Source of the DNA: Candidatus Levyibacteriota bacterium
Lineage (GTDB): Bacteria > Patescibacteriota > Microgenomatia > Levybacterales > UBA12049
Direction of reading: 5' to 3'
Length of the DNA stretch: 47,931 nt
Assembly (NCBI GenBank): GCA_009695045.1
Contig: SIBS01000004.1
Span: 1 to 47,931 of the forward strand
Under the pieces are notes generated by a model. That model saw only the letters and a program-made list of their open reading frames with translations. It made no database searches and was not told the origin of the DNA. Positions 10,378-19,440 of this stretch are shown here, in pieces (within the stretch, counting starts at the first letter, position 1; every line of letters starts with the position of its first letter). The translations under genes were made by a program, and so were the position numbers.

Positions 10378-10977
10378 ATAAACAAAAAAAATAAAGATAA
10401 ATCTCTTAAATTAATAGACTTATTAAAAGTCATTTTTTATGTAGTAATTATTGTAATTATCATCATTGGAATTAATCAGACAAATTTAATTTTTAATAAA
10501 AAAAGATTATTACTTAGTAAGCCAATCAGACCTGCAATTATTAATCAAGAAGATATCTTGAAAAAAACTGCAGAATCCATAAAGGAAGATAATAATAATG
10601 AGATATCGTTGCTTCTTAATCTTGCAAAATTACAAAAAAATCCAGATGAACAATATGCATTTTATGTTAAGACATATGAAAAACTTATAATTCTCTATGA
10701 AAAAACAAAAGATGAAAAAATAAATCTTGAACTAAAACAACTCAGGGACTATATGAAAAAATCACTCAACAGCGCTCAAATTAAAAAAGAAGAGAGATCT
10801 ATCGTAGCTATCTGGATAAATGATTTAGAAAATAATAAAGAAATGCCACTTATACCAAATAAAGAATCCTATGTTGACTTCTCTTTTAATTCAAATAATA
10901 CTCATAAATTGAGCATGGAGACATACTATACGGATGGCACATTAAGGAATTCATTGATCACTTTATTACCTAAATAA
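10378..10977 (+). pseudogene. Membrane-anchored hypothetical protein with probable lost (ATA) start codon
   Basis: Frame is open from 10282 to 10977 and includes a basic segment plus TM helix (NKKNKDKSLKLIDLLKVIFYVVIIVIIIIGI) upstream of the TTG at 10558, but no ATG precedes the TM. ATA-AAC-AAA at 10378 sits where a start is expected. Confidence 0.45.
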
Positions 10978-10988
10978 CATCAATAAAT

Positions 10989-11237
10989 ATGTCAAGAAAA
11001 ATAAACCTAATCAATACAAATTTGACAATATATATAATAATAGCCTCACTCTTGCTTGGAGTAATAATCACTGCATATCTTAATCAGCAAAAACAACAAG
11101 GAGAAACTAGAGCTAATATTGATCAGGATAAAAGTATAGACATAACCGATTACAATGATAATCTACTTAAAAAAGTTGGAGAAGATACCTATCAACTCAA
11201 CTCCAATACGGTGAGGATACGCATAAAAACTCCTTGA
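10989..11237 (+). CDS. Short membrane-anchored hypothetical protein, possibly truncated
   Basis: 82 aa with N-terminal TM (IYIIIASLLLGVIITAYL) followed by QQKQQGETRA. Confidence 0.5.
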   Translation: MSRKINLINTNLTIYIIIASLLLGVIITAYLNQQKQQGETRANIDQDKSIDITDYNDNLLKKVGEDTYQLNSNTVRIRIKTP

Positions 11238-11562
11238 AGGCTTAATCTTTATACGGAAAAAGCCAATTAACCAAGAAACACTACTATCTTCAAATTTACA
11301 AATATATCTGTTAATTTCTTATAAAAATTAAAAAAATAAAATCAAAAAATAATAAACATTATTTATGATTTCTAGCTTCATTTTCACATATTCATAAACT
11401 ATAAGATATATTATTTTTATCCCCAACTTATCCACAGAACATCTTATAGTTCGGCCTATTTTTTTATTTTTATCTTATTATAAGACATACATTATAAAAA
11501 TCAGTAAGAAAGGTTGTCAATTATCAATAATGCTATTGATTATTGATTTATAAATCTTTCCG

Positions 11563-11571
11563 TGTTATACT
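11563..11571 (+). promoter_or_regulatory. Extended -10 promoter for rplJL
   Basis: TGTTATACT about 10 nt upstream of the L10 leader; TTGATT -35-like hexamer at 11543-11548. Confidence 0.65.
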
Positions 11572-11580
11572 ACATTCAAT

Positions 11581-11630
11581 CCAGAGACAGTAGGCGTCTT
11601 AATTAGACTTAAATTAGCCTGCCGAGGAGT
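11581..11630 (+). ncRNA. L10 leader (rplJ-rplL autoregulatory RNA)
   Basis: GAGACAGTAGGC...TTAA...GCCTGCCGAGG matches the known L10-leader pattern and lies upstream of rplJ. Confidence 0.85.
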
Positions 11631-11685
11631 AAAAAGTACTAGAAAATTAGCATTGTATATACTAAGGCTAATAAAATAAGTATCT

Positions 11686-11714
11686 AAAACTCCTCAGGAA
11701 AGAGGAGTTTTTTT
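11686..11714 (+). terminator. Attenuator hairpin in the rplJ leader
   Basis: AAAACTCCTC-aggaaa-GAGGAGTTTT followed by a U-run ending at the rplJ ATG. The hairpin contains the SD GAGGAG. Confidence 0.8.
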
Positions 11715-12257
11715 ATGGCAACAAAGCAAGCAAAAAAATCAATAACAAAGATAACCAAGGCAAAAGTAGTTGCACATTTATTTGAAAAAGTAAAAAAATC
11801 AACTGCTATGATTTTGACCAACTACCAAGGAATGACTCATATTCAAATAGAGGATTTGAAGCGTATCCTTAAAAAATTTGATTCAGATCTAACTATCACC
11901 AAGAATACCCTTCTTCTTCGAGCACTTAAAGAAAGCAAGATAGATGCACCAGTGGAAATGTTTAACCAACCTACTGCTACCATTTTTACGTATAATGAGC
12001 CCTCTACTGCGCTTAAAGAATTAAGTAAATTTATAAAAATACTCAAGATGCCAATTATAAAATTTGGCGTATTTGATGGAAAATTTCTTTCAGGGAATGA
12101 AGTAGTAAGACTCGCAATGCTTCCATCAAGAGAAGTATTATTATCACAATTAGTTGGTGGCCTAAAATCCCCCATCTATGGATTACACAGAGCACTTAAT
12201 TGGAATTTACAGAAATTTGTAATGACATTAAAAGCAATTGAAGCAAAAAAAGTTTAA
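11715..12257 (+). CDS. rplJ: 50S ribosomal protein L10
   Basis: NYQGMT, KNTLL, LAMLPSREVLLSQL; upstream of rplL. Confidence 0.96.
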   Translation: MATKQAKKSITKITKAKVVAHLFEKVKKSTAMILTNYQGMTHIQIEDLKRILKKFDSDLTITKNTLLLRALKESKIDAPVEMFNQPTATIFTYNEPSTALKELSKFIKILKMPIIKFGVFDGKFLSGNEVVRLAMLPSREVLLSQLVGGLKSPIYGLHRALNWNLQKFVMTLKAIEAKKV

Positions 12258-12277
12258 GATGAAAGGTGGTGAGTATA

Positions 12278-12667
12278 ATGGCAAAAATTTCTAAAGATGA
12301 ATTGATTCAAGCAGTAGAAGAAATGTCCGTTCTGGAACTCGCAGAATTAGTCAAGGCACTTGAAGATAAATTTGGAGTAAGCGCACAAGCTATGGTTGCA
12401 GCACCAACAAATGGAGCAGCTCAAGCAAGTGATGCAGAACCAAAAGAAGAACAAACCAGCTTCAATGTGATAATCGCAGTTACAGGCGCCAACAAAATAG
12501 GCGTTATTAAAGCACTTCGAGAGTTAGTTCCAACACTTGGTCTTAAGGAGGCAAAAGATTTAGTTGATGCTGCGCCAAAGGAAGTAATGACAGCAGTCAA
12601 CAAAAAAACAGCAGATGAAGCAAAAGAAAAACTTACGGCTGCAGGTGCAACTATTGAACTTAAGTAA
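12278..12667 (+). CDS. rplL: 50S ribosomal protein L7/L12
   Basis: [45 protein letters not shown] 12278 follows the SD-like AGGTGG. Confidence 0.97.
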   Translation: MAKISKDELIQAVEEMSVLELAELVKALEDKFGVSAQAMVAAPTNGAAQASDAEPKEEQTSFNVIIAVTGANKIGVIKALRELVPTLGLKEAKDLVDAAPKEVMTAVNKKTADEAKEKLTAAGATIELK

Positions 12668-12754
12668 TTTTTTAAATAACTGCTATCTAAAAATTATATC
12701 TTGACTCTGCTAAGCAATCATTGTCATTGAAATTAGATACCATGAGAGTAGAAT

Positions 12755-12798
12755 AACAATAATGATCATCCAAATGGACGGTCATTATTGTTTTTTTT
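12755..12798 (+). terminator. Intrinsic terminator downstream of rplL
   Basis: AACAATAATGATC-atccaaatggac-GGTCATTATTGTT followed by a T-run. Confidence 0.8.
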
Positions 12799-12866
12799 AG
12801 TTTAGGATAAAATTTATTACATTGGCCTTAATAATAAGGCTTGGAAGAAAAAAATAATATTACCCA

Positions 12867-12895
12867 TTGACAAGAATATGCTAGTTTGTTACCTT
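12867..12895 (+). promoter_or_regulatory. Sigma70-type promoter for the BldC-like gene
   Basis: TTGACA (12867-72), 17 bp, then TG-t-TACCTT (12887-95). Confidence 0.6.
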
Positions 12896-12918
12896 ATAGA
12901 AGACTTATATATACTCTT

Positions 12919-13131
12919 ATGCCTATCGTTAATCAAAATATATCAATCAACAACCTTCCAGATCTATTAACCGTCCGAGAGGTAGCACAGGTTCTTCGAG
13001 TATCTCCCCTTACTATCAAAAGATGGGGCAAGAGAGGAAAATTGCCAGCAATTAGAATTAATTCCCGAGGAGACAGGAGATATAAAAAAGAAGCAGTACT
13101 TTGGCTACTTGGAATCCAACAAAAAATTTAA
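12919..13131 (+). CDS. BldC/excisionase-like (HTH_17/MerR-type) small DNA-binding protein
   Basis: LLTVREVAQVLRVSPLTIKRWGKRGKLPAIRINSRGDRRYKKEAV follows the BldC pattern LLTPAEVA..FRV.P.TV.RW...GKL..IR..GGHRRY. ATG 12919 preferred. Confidence 0.85.
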   Translation: MPIVNQNISINNLPDLLTVREVAQVLRVSPLTIKRWGKRGKLPAIRINSRGDRRYKKEAVLWLLGIQQKI

Positions 13132-13237
13132 ATCTAAAATATTAAGCAATCCCGATAATAATATATTATTAATCTATATTTATTATTTTCCCCACAAAAG
13201 AAACATCCACATATTCAAGCATAAAAATACTAATATT

Positions 13238-14113
13238 TTAACTATGTGGATGATATTCCGCTTGATGGCTTATTCGAATTAACCACTCATTTGGATTATC
13301 AAGATGTGTCTTAATAAAATTAACCGTCTCTTTTGTATCTTGTGTATTTACAAAAATCCCCGTACCTACCTCTAATCCACCCATAATCTTCTTACGAGGT
13401 ATTAAACGAAAATACCAATTATCTCCAGGATAAATATAAAAGTTACAAGGAAAAACACCTTCATACCTAATAAGGTATATCTGGAATAAACGAGAGACAA
13501 TGCTTGCGAAATCCTTCATTTCAATGTCATTCACTTCGCCAAAACTATTGTGAGATCTTTTTGGCGTTATCCAGACTTCATCTGGCCATTGAGATTTTTG
13601 AGGACAAAATAAAACAAAATTTGAATTCTCAAATGCAATTTGCGAGGCTATTAAGTCACTTTTTTGAAGCGTTGGGGTATTTATAGAAACATCGTACGGA
13701 AGAATCACGATTTGAGAATGAGGATGCAAAATGCTTTCACCACCATCTTTTTCTCTATTATGAAATATATATACTCTCCCCTTCTTCTCGTGAGTGATAT
13801 ATCGCTGACGAAATGCAATAAAAATATCCTTAACTAAATCTATTGGTAATGATTCAAAACTTTTATAATGACTCTCTGAATGAATTACCACTTCATGAAT
13901 TGTAGCAAATGGAAACTTATTGCTCAGGATACGAACTTCTCCATTTATGTAAAGTGGATCTTCATGAAGATTTTTTACGCAAAATGGGCAATTAGCATCC
14001 ATTTTGGAGCTTATACTTTTTACAGAATCTGAGTTCGGACGATTTGCTCGCCTAGGCGCTGAAATGACCCATTGTCGAGCATCTGAATTATGTAAAAAAC
14101 GAAAATCAGCCAT
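13238..14113 (-). CDS. Galactose-1-phosphate uridylyltransferase (GalT)-like HIT protein
   Basis: WVISAPRRANRP, CPFC, NKFP, HEVVIHS, FHN...GGESILHPHSQ catalytic motif. Confidence 0.85.
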   Translation of the reverse strand: MADFRFLHNSDARQWVISAPRRANRPNSDSVKSISSKMDANCPFCVKNLHEDPLYINGEVRILSNKFPFATIHEVVIHSESHYKSFESLPIDLVKDIFIAFRQRYITHEKKGRVYIFHNREKDGGESILHPHSQIVILPYDVSINTPTLQKSDLIASQIAFENSNFVLFCPQKSQWPDEVWITPKRSHNSFGEVNDIEMKDFASIVSRLFQIYLIRYEGVFPCNFYIYPGDNWYFRLIPRKKIMGGLEVGTGIFVNTQDTKETVNFIKTHLDNPNEWLIRISHQAEYHPHS

Positions 14114-14429
14114 ATATAAATATATTAAATAAAGTATAAGTTAAAATCTATAAAATTGAAAGAATATATATCCTTATCTCAATATCCACAATCTATTTTA
14201 AATATATAAAGTCTTAAGATATTGATTCGGTACTTGAAGTATTATAGTATTTGTTAACACTGAATATAATTCAAAAACTTCTATTGAGGATAGATATATC
14301 TATCAATTACCTTATTCAATAGATTACTCTATTCAAATTTATATCTCACCAACAAAAATACCACCAAATCCCGATATCGTTTTCGATAATAAATAAAGAT
14401 TCTATGTAGATAAAAATAGCCACTTAACA

Positions 14430-15269
14430 TCAAATAACAATTTTCCTTACTGTTCTCTGCTCCTCAATAAAAGTTATAAATCCAATTTTCTCCAAAACAA
14501 AAAATGTCAGCCAAAACAAAGAATATATTAGTAAGTTAACTAAGGACGTTATGGACTGAAAAGTGATAAAAAAAAGTAAAGCCAAAATTATTGGCACAAA
14601 ACCAATAAAGGGCTTTATTATATCTTGTATCTGTCCTCTTATCGTTTTTTTAATCGAATCTCTTATGAAATTCTGTTGAGATTCTGAGTTTATTTTAAGC
14701 AAAGATTGCGAATCATTACTTTGCTTAATTAATTGATTTATATTAGGTGATAATTCTATAACTGTTTCTATAATAGAATCAGGAATTTGAAATCCATTCT
14801 TCATAAGAACATTATTAATTGAAAAGTAATAAGATACAGCAATCACAAAAATTAATAATCCAGATAGATATTTAACAATTGGACTAAAAATTGAAGCAGG
14901 GGAAAAGTTAAGATAGTTTTTCATTACATTTTCCACTGAAATATAAATAATAAATAATATTACCAATATTCCAATGGCAAATACCAATCCAGATAACTGA
15001 TATCCAAAAAAAATAATTGCCAAAATAAAAAGTGCTACTCCAATTGGAATAATCAGCTTTAATTCCATTGCCAGAGTTGAAAATAAAATAAATAAAAAGG
15101 AAAAAAGAGAAATAAGAATTGAGATATTTATCATGTCAATATATACCTGTGAAGATAAAGAAAAAATAAAATCGTATGTATTAAAAAGATATGATAATTT
15201 ATGGCATAAGAATGCAAAGGCAACTAATAAAAAAGGTGCGAAAGTTAATTTTTTTAAATATTTAATCAT
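14430..15269 (-). CDS. Multi-pass membrane protein of unknown function
   Basis: 279 aa with about 6-7 hydrophobic helices. Confidence 0.7.
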   Translation of the reverse strand: MIKYLKKLTFAPFLLVAFAFLCHKLSYLFNTYDFIFSLSSQVYIDMINISILISLFSFLFILFSTLAMELKLIIPIGVALFILAIIFFGYQLSGLVFAIGILVILFIIYISVENVMKNYLNFSPASIFSPIVKYLSGLLIFVIAVSYYFSINNVLMKNGFQIPDSIIETVIELSPNINQLIKQSNDSQSLLKINSESQQNFIRDSIKKTIRGQIQDIIKPFIGFVPIILALLFFITFQSITSLVNLLIYSLFWLTFFVLEKIGFITFIEEQRTVRKIVI

Positions 15270-15377
15270 TTTGTTAATTAATCAAGATTTATATTATAAA
15301 TCTATAAATTTCCGTAAGCATATTTATCTCTTTTATCTAAAGTTCACCAAGTAAGAAAATCAAAAAACTATATTCAA

Positions 15378-16475
15378 TTATTTACTTGCACATATAAGTT
15401 CTTCATATATTTTTTCATAATTTTCAACCATTACATCCACGCTAAAATGATCCTCAACACGTTTTCTACACTGAGATGGTAATATACTAGGAATCTTTTC
15501 TAAAGCTCTTGCAAGACCATCTACGCCCTCTTCTACATCAACTACAAAGCCCGTCTCGCCATCTTTAACTACTTCTATAACTGCTCCCTTGTTAAATCCT
15601 ATTACAGGCGTTCCACAACTCATCGACTCCGCCATTACCAATCCAAATGGTTCTTCTTGATTCACGGTCATTAGAAGTGCTTTTGCATTTTGCATATAAT
15701 TAACTACGTCTTCTTTGGAAAGTGACTGTTGTGAAACTTTTTTACTTACCCATTCAATCGTATTAGATAAATATGGTTCTACTTCTTTAGCAAATGCCTC
15801 ATTATCTAATACATCCCCTATCATTTTTAAAGGAGTTCCTGTTTTTTGTGCGAGTTGAATAGCCCACCCTACTCCCTTTGGATCAATATACGTACCATCT
15901 TCATTTTTAGAACCATTTATCCTACCAATCCATAATAAATAATCCCCCTTCTTTTCTTTAAATTGATAAACAGATGTATCTATACCATTGTATACAACAG
16001 CGTGAACAGATGTTTTTTTTAGAAGATTTCTATATGCTTTTGAAAGCGCAATAAAATGTGAATTATGAAATAAACCCATAGCATCATCAAGATAATCTGC
16101 CGCAACAGCATGTAAAGTTGTGACCAGCGGAATATCAAGTTGCTCATCAACGATATGAGGAAAAATATCAGGATATGTATGATTATGTATTATGTCAAAA
16201 TCTTTCTGTAAAGATAGCATAATTTTTGCCTGTTGAATAAGAGTTGCAGTTTCTCGAATAAATGGATTCTCAACAGGTGGCAAATCAACCCATCCAGATG
16301 GAATAATAGAAATTATTTTAACTCCTTCAATTATGCTGTCGCCTGTTCCAAGCAATGACACCTCATGTCCTCGACTAACCAATCCTCTTGCAAGCTGGTA
16401 AATTATCCTAGATCGAGATGCGAATTCATTTTCAGCAACCTTACGCTTAAGAGTTGATAAAATAAGTATTTTCAT
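15378..16475 (-). CDS. Glycosyltransferase family 4 (GT-B)
   Basis: GLVSRGHEV, VVYNGID, EEPFGLVMAESMSCGTPVI, GETGF. Confidence 0.92.
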   Translation of the reverse strand: MKILILSTLKRKVAENEFASRSRIIYQLARGLVSRGHEVSLLGTGDSIIEGVKIISIIPSGWVDLPPVENPFIRETATLIQQAKIMLSLQKDFDIIHNHTYPDIFPHIVDEQLDIPLVTTLHAVAADYLDDAMGLFHNSHFIALSKAYRNLLKKTSVHAVVYNGIDTSVYQFKEKKGDYLLWIGRINGSKNEDGTYIDPKGVGWAIQLAQKTGTPLKMIGDVLDNEAFAKEVEPYLSNTIEWVSKKVSQQSLSKEDVVNYMQNAKALLMTVNQEEPFGLVMAESMSCGTPVIGFNKGAVIEVVKDGETGFVVDVEEGVDGLARALEKIPSILPSQCRKRVEDHFSVDVMVENYEKIYEELICASK

Positions 16476-16578
16476 CTTTTAAGAATAAAGAATCAGCAAG
16501 AAAGAATCAAGAAGATAAAAATTAATAATTCCATCTAAAAAATAAAGACGCATAGATTAATATTATTGCACTATTAAA

Positions 16579-18081
16579 TTAATATCCGATATTTTTTTTC
16601 CTAATAGCTTCAATTTTTGACATTAACCGATTTAAATAAGTGGGGATGGAGGGTTCATCAGGTTCATTATTGGGAAATATCTGAAATCCATCATTGGATT
16701 CATTAGTGTTTTCTGGCATTACAGCTGGCTTCCCTTCTATCAATTCTCTTTCATTACTAATTAATCTCTTAAGTAAGAGATTACAGTCATAATTATTATA
16801 TAAATTAGTTGGGAAATTTTTCTCAAACCAGTTAGATTTAAATAATCTATTCCAGTAATACTCAGGATGAGACGATCCTCTCTTAAAAGAATAGTTTGCA
16901 AATCCTATGTGTTCGAACGACTGCATCTCTAACTCAATACCGGAAATTCTTACCAAAAATTTTATCATTTGTATATCTTTTGAGCTACCAAGATTATCAC
17001 CTTCAAAATTATTATTTCCTATTGAATCTTTAATATCATATATTTTGACATCAGATCCTACCTCATCAGAAGCCAAACAAAGCTGATCAATAAATAAAAG
17101 TAGATCTTTTTTATCATTAGCAACAACTCTTACGCCAATTGTATCCTTAGTATAACTACCTGAATCACCTCCGTTATTCTTCCGTTCAGATTTAACTCTT
17201 CTGTCATGAGGTGTTTTTAATCTATTTGATATATATACGTCAATAATCCTACCCTTTTCAGGACCTTCTTTAACACTAAACTTACGCCTGCTAACCACTA
17301 CCAATTTCTGATCTATGGGAAGATTATCATAGATATAATCTGCTTCCTCAAAGCTAAGCTCCATAACTTCAACTCCCAAACACTCAAATTCATTTTTAAT
17401 ATCATGTGTACTTAGAAAATAAACATTTTGATTAATTTCCGATTTTCCCTCTATCCATAGATATTCATTAAGAATATTTGTAAATTTAATCATCTCTTCA
17501 CGTTTTTTAATTAAAAGTGGGTCTCTCTCAATTATAGCAGCATCTTCCATGTGTCCTAATTTTCTCATAGCTTCAAAATTGTATTTATTTGAAACTTCGG
17601 GATTAAAAGCAATAGATAAAAGGTCTACGGGATGACTGGCTAACTCTATCTCATTTGCCATTTCAAACATTCCAGATATAAATTTTGGCATTTTCTCCAT
17701 AGGAACCACAATGCTCTGATTAGATCCTTCAGCATATCTTTCAAAAGTAGAAGTAATTTCAGTTATGGGAATATTGTAGTTTTTTGCAATTCTTTCATTA
17801 GCATTATCATATATTGATTTTCTAAAATCTTCGTCATTGTTAAATTCTTGGAGCCAATCACTCAATCCACGTCGACTCTCTAATCCAATTAGTTTTAGTA
17901 CTCTTTTTTTTTGTAGATTAAATTCGATTCTCTCTCCTGAGGTCAAAGACTTCATCCATTTTCGAATTATCCCATAATTATGCATTGAGATTATATTTTC
18001 TCCTTGATCATTTTCTGTGACTTTATTCTTATCTTGAATAGAATCTAAATTTAGACTAAAAAATTCCTGCTCTTTATTCAT
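16579..18081 (-). CDS. Hypothetical protein with C-terminal RelA/SpoT synthetase-like nucleotidyltransferase domain
   Basis: RLK...K.ERK...KDTIGVRVV...D...KDSI...ELEMQ...HPEY follows the order of RelA/SpoT synthetase motifs. Confidence 0.6.
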   Translation of the reverse strand: MNKEQEFFSLNLDSIQDKNKVTENDQGENIISMHNYGIIRKWMKSLTSGERIEFNLQKKRVLKLIGLESRRGLSDWLQEFNNDEDFRKSIYDNANERIAKNYNIPITEITSTFERYAEGSNQSIVVPMEKMPKFISGMFEMANEIELASHPVDLLSIAFNPEVSNKYNFEAMRKLGHMEDAAIIERDPLLIKKREEMIKFTNILNEYLWIEGKSEINQNVYFLSTHDIKNEFECLGVEVMELSFEEADYIYDNLPIDQKLVVVSRRKFSVKEGPEKGRIIDVYISNRLKTPHDRRVKSERKNNGGDSGSYTKDTIGVRVVANDKKDLLLFIDQLCLASDEVGSDVKIYDIKDSIGNNNFEGDNLGSSKDIQMIKFLVRISGIELEMQSFEHIGFANYSFKRGSSHPEYYWNRLFKSNWFEKNFPTNLYNNYDCNLLLKRLISNERELIEGKPAVMPENTNESNDGFQIFPNNEPDEPSIPTYLNRLMSKIEAIRKKNIGY

Positions 18082-18235
18082 GTTGGGTATTATATATAAT
18101 AATAAATAAATTCTCTAGTCAAAAACGTTCTCTCACAATAAGAAGATTAATTTCGAAATTATTATTTCAAGATTAAAAGACTTATATGTATATATCAATA
18201 CCTATATTAATAGTCATTATATATATCGTACTATT

Positions 18236-19417
18236 TCAAGACTGGAGCCTTTTTTTCATTGAACGTTCATAAAGATGATAGAATTTTGCTGCAATTCTCT
18301 CCCAACTAAAACGATTCAATACGCTTCTGTACGCATTGTCACCCATTCTCTTTCGCAATTCATCATCGCTTAGAAGAATGTTTACTTTCTCAACAATCGT
18401 ACTCGCACTCTTTGCTCTCACGAGAAACCCGTTCTCGCCATCATTCACGATTGTAGTTACTCCTCCCTTTCTCGTTACGATAACCGGTGTCTTATTCGAC
18501 ATTGCCTCTAGGATAACCATTCCAAGTGGCTCAGCCCATACTGATGGAGCCACATATACATCTGCTCTGAGATAAAAATCATTAATCTCACCTAATCGCT
18601 GAGAAAAATATCCAAGCATATGCACGTTTTCTAATTTGTATTTTAAAATAAGAGTCTCCAGGTATCCCCTTTCTGGACCATCACCTAAGATTACTATCTC
18701 AGCCTTAATCCCTCGAGCAGCTTTAATAAGGTACTCCACCCCTTTATGTTGGGTCAATCTACCTGTAAATAAAACCATTCGCGAATATTTGAATTTATAT
18801 TTTTTATCAATCCATGATACGTCCTTTTTGAAATCAATCCCATTACTAACTCCACCAGGTATAACTCTAGTCTTTTTTGCCAAATCATTTCCAAACATCT
18901 GTAAATACCATTGACGCGTAAAGTTACTGTTTGCAGTTATAAACTTTGCTCTCTCTGATGCCTGACGCGTGGGCCCCACCCATCTATTATCCTCTTTAAA
19001 ATAATACAAATCACTACCATGTGTAGTTATTCCATAAGGAATTTTATAGAAAATATCTAAATTTCTCATTACGGCAGGCAGAAAAGCAGTATGAAAAACA
19101 TGAATAACATCTGGCCTAAATTGCTCAATCGCCTTACTACACCTTAATAGATAATAATTATAAACTGAGATAAACTCTTGAGACGTGAATTTAGAGTATT
19201 TTTTTATATCTTTTAGCTCAGGGTTTCCTACAAAAACACCCATCTGTGGAGGCTTAAGCCTAAACATCCTTGCATCCTTAAACATTCTACTCTCAGGCGC
19301 AACAATACCAGCCTTGAAATCAGGAAACTGAGCATTCATTTGTATAATAAGACTACGAAGCCATGTCCCTGACCCATTACCCCACAATGGAAACATATAG
19401 ATATAAAGTACTTTCAT
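18236..19417 (-). CDS. Glycosyltransferase family 4 (GT-B)
   Basis: TTHGSD, FTGRLTQHKG, GDGPER, PSVWAEPLGMVILEAM, GENGFLV. Confidence 0.93.
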   Translation of the reverse strand: MKVLYIYMFPLWGNGSGTWLRSLIIQMNAQFPDFKAGIVAPESRMFKDARMFRLKPPQMGVFVGNPELKDIKKYSKFTSQEFISVYNYYLLRCSKAIEQFRPDVIHVFHTAFLPAVMRNLDIFYKIPYGITTHGSDLYYFKEDNRWVGPTRQASERAKFITANSNFTRQWYLQMFGNDLAKKTRVIPGGVSNGIDFKKDVSWIDKKYKFKYSRMVLFTGRLTQHKGVEYLIKAARGIKAEIVILGDGPERGYLETLILKYKLENVHMLGYFSQRLGEINDFYLRADVYVAPSVWAEPLGMVILEAMSNKTPVIVTRKGGVTTIVNDGENGFLVRAKSASTIVEKVNILLSDDELRKRMGDNAYRSVLNRFSWERIAAKFYHLYERSMKKRLQS

Positions 19418-19440
19418 GGTTTGTAGATATTAAGCGAATC

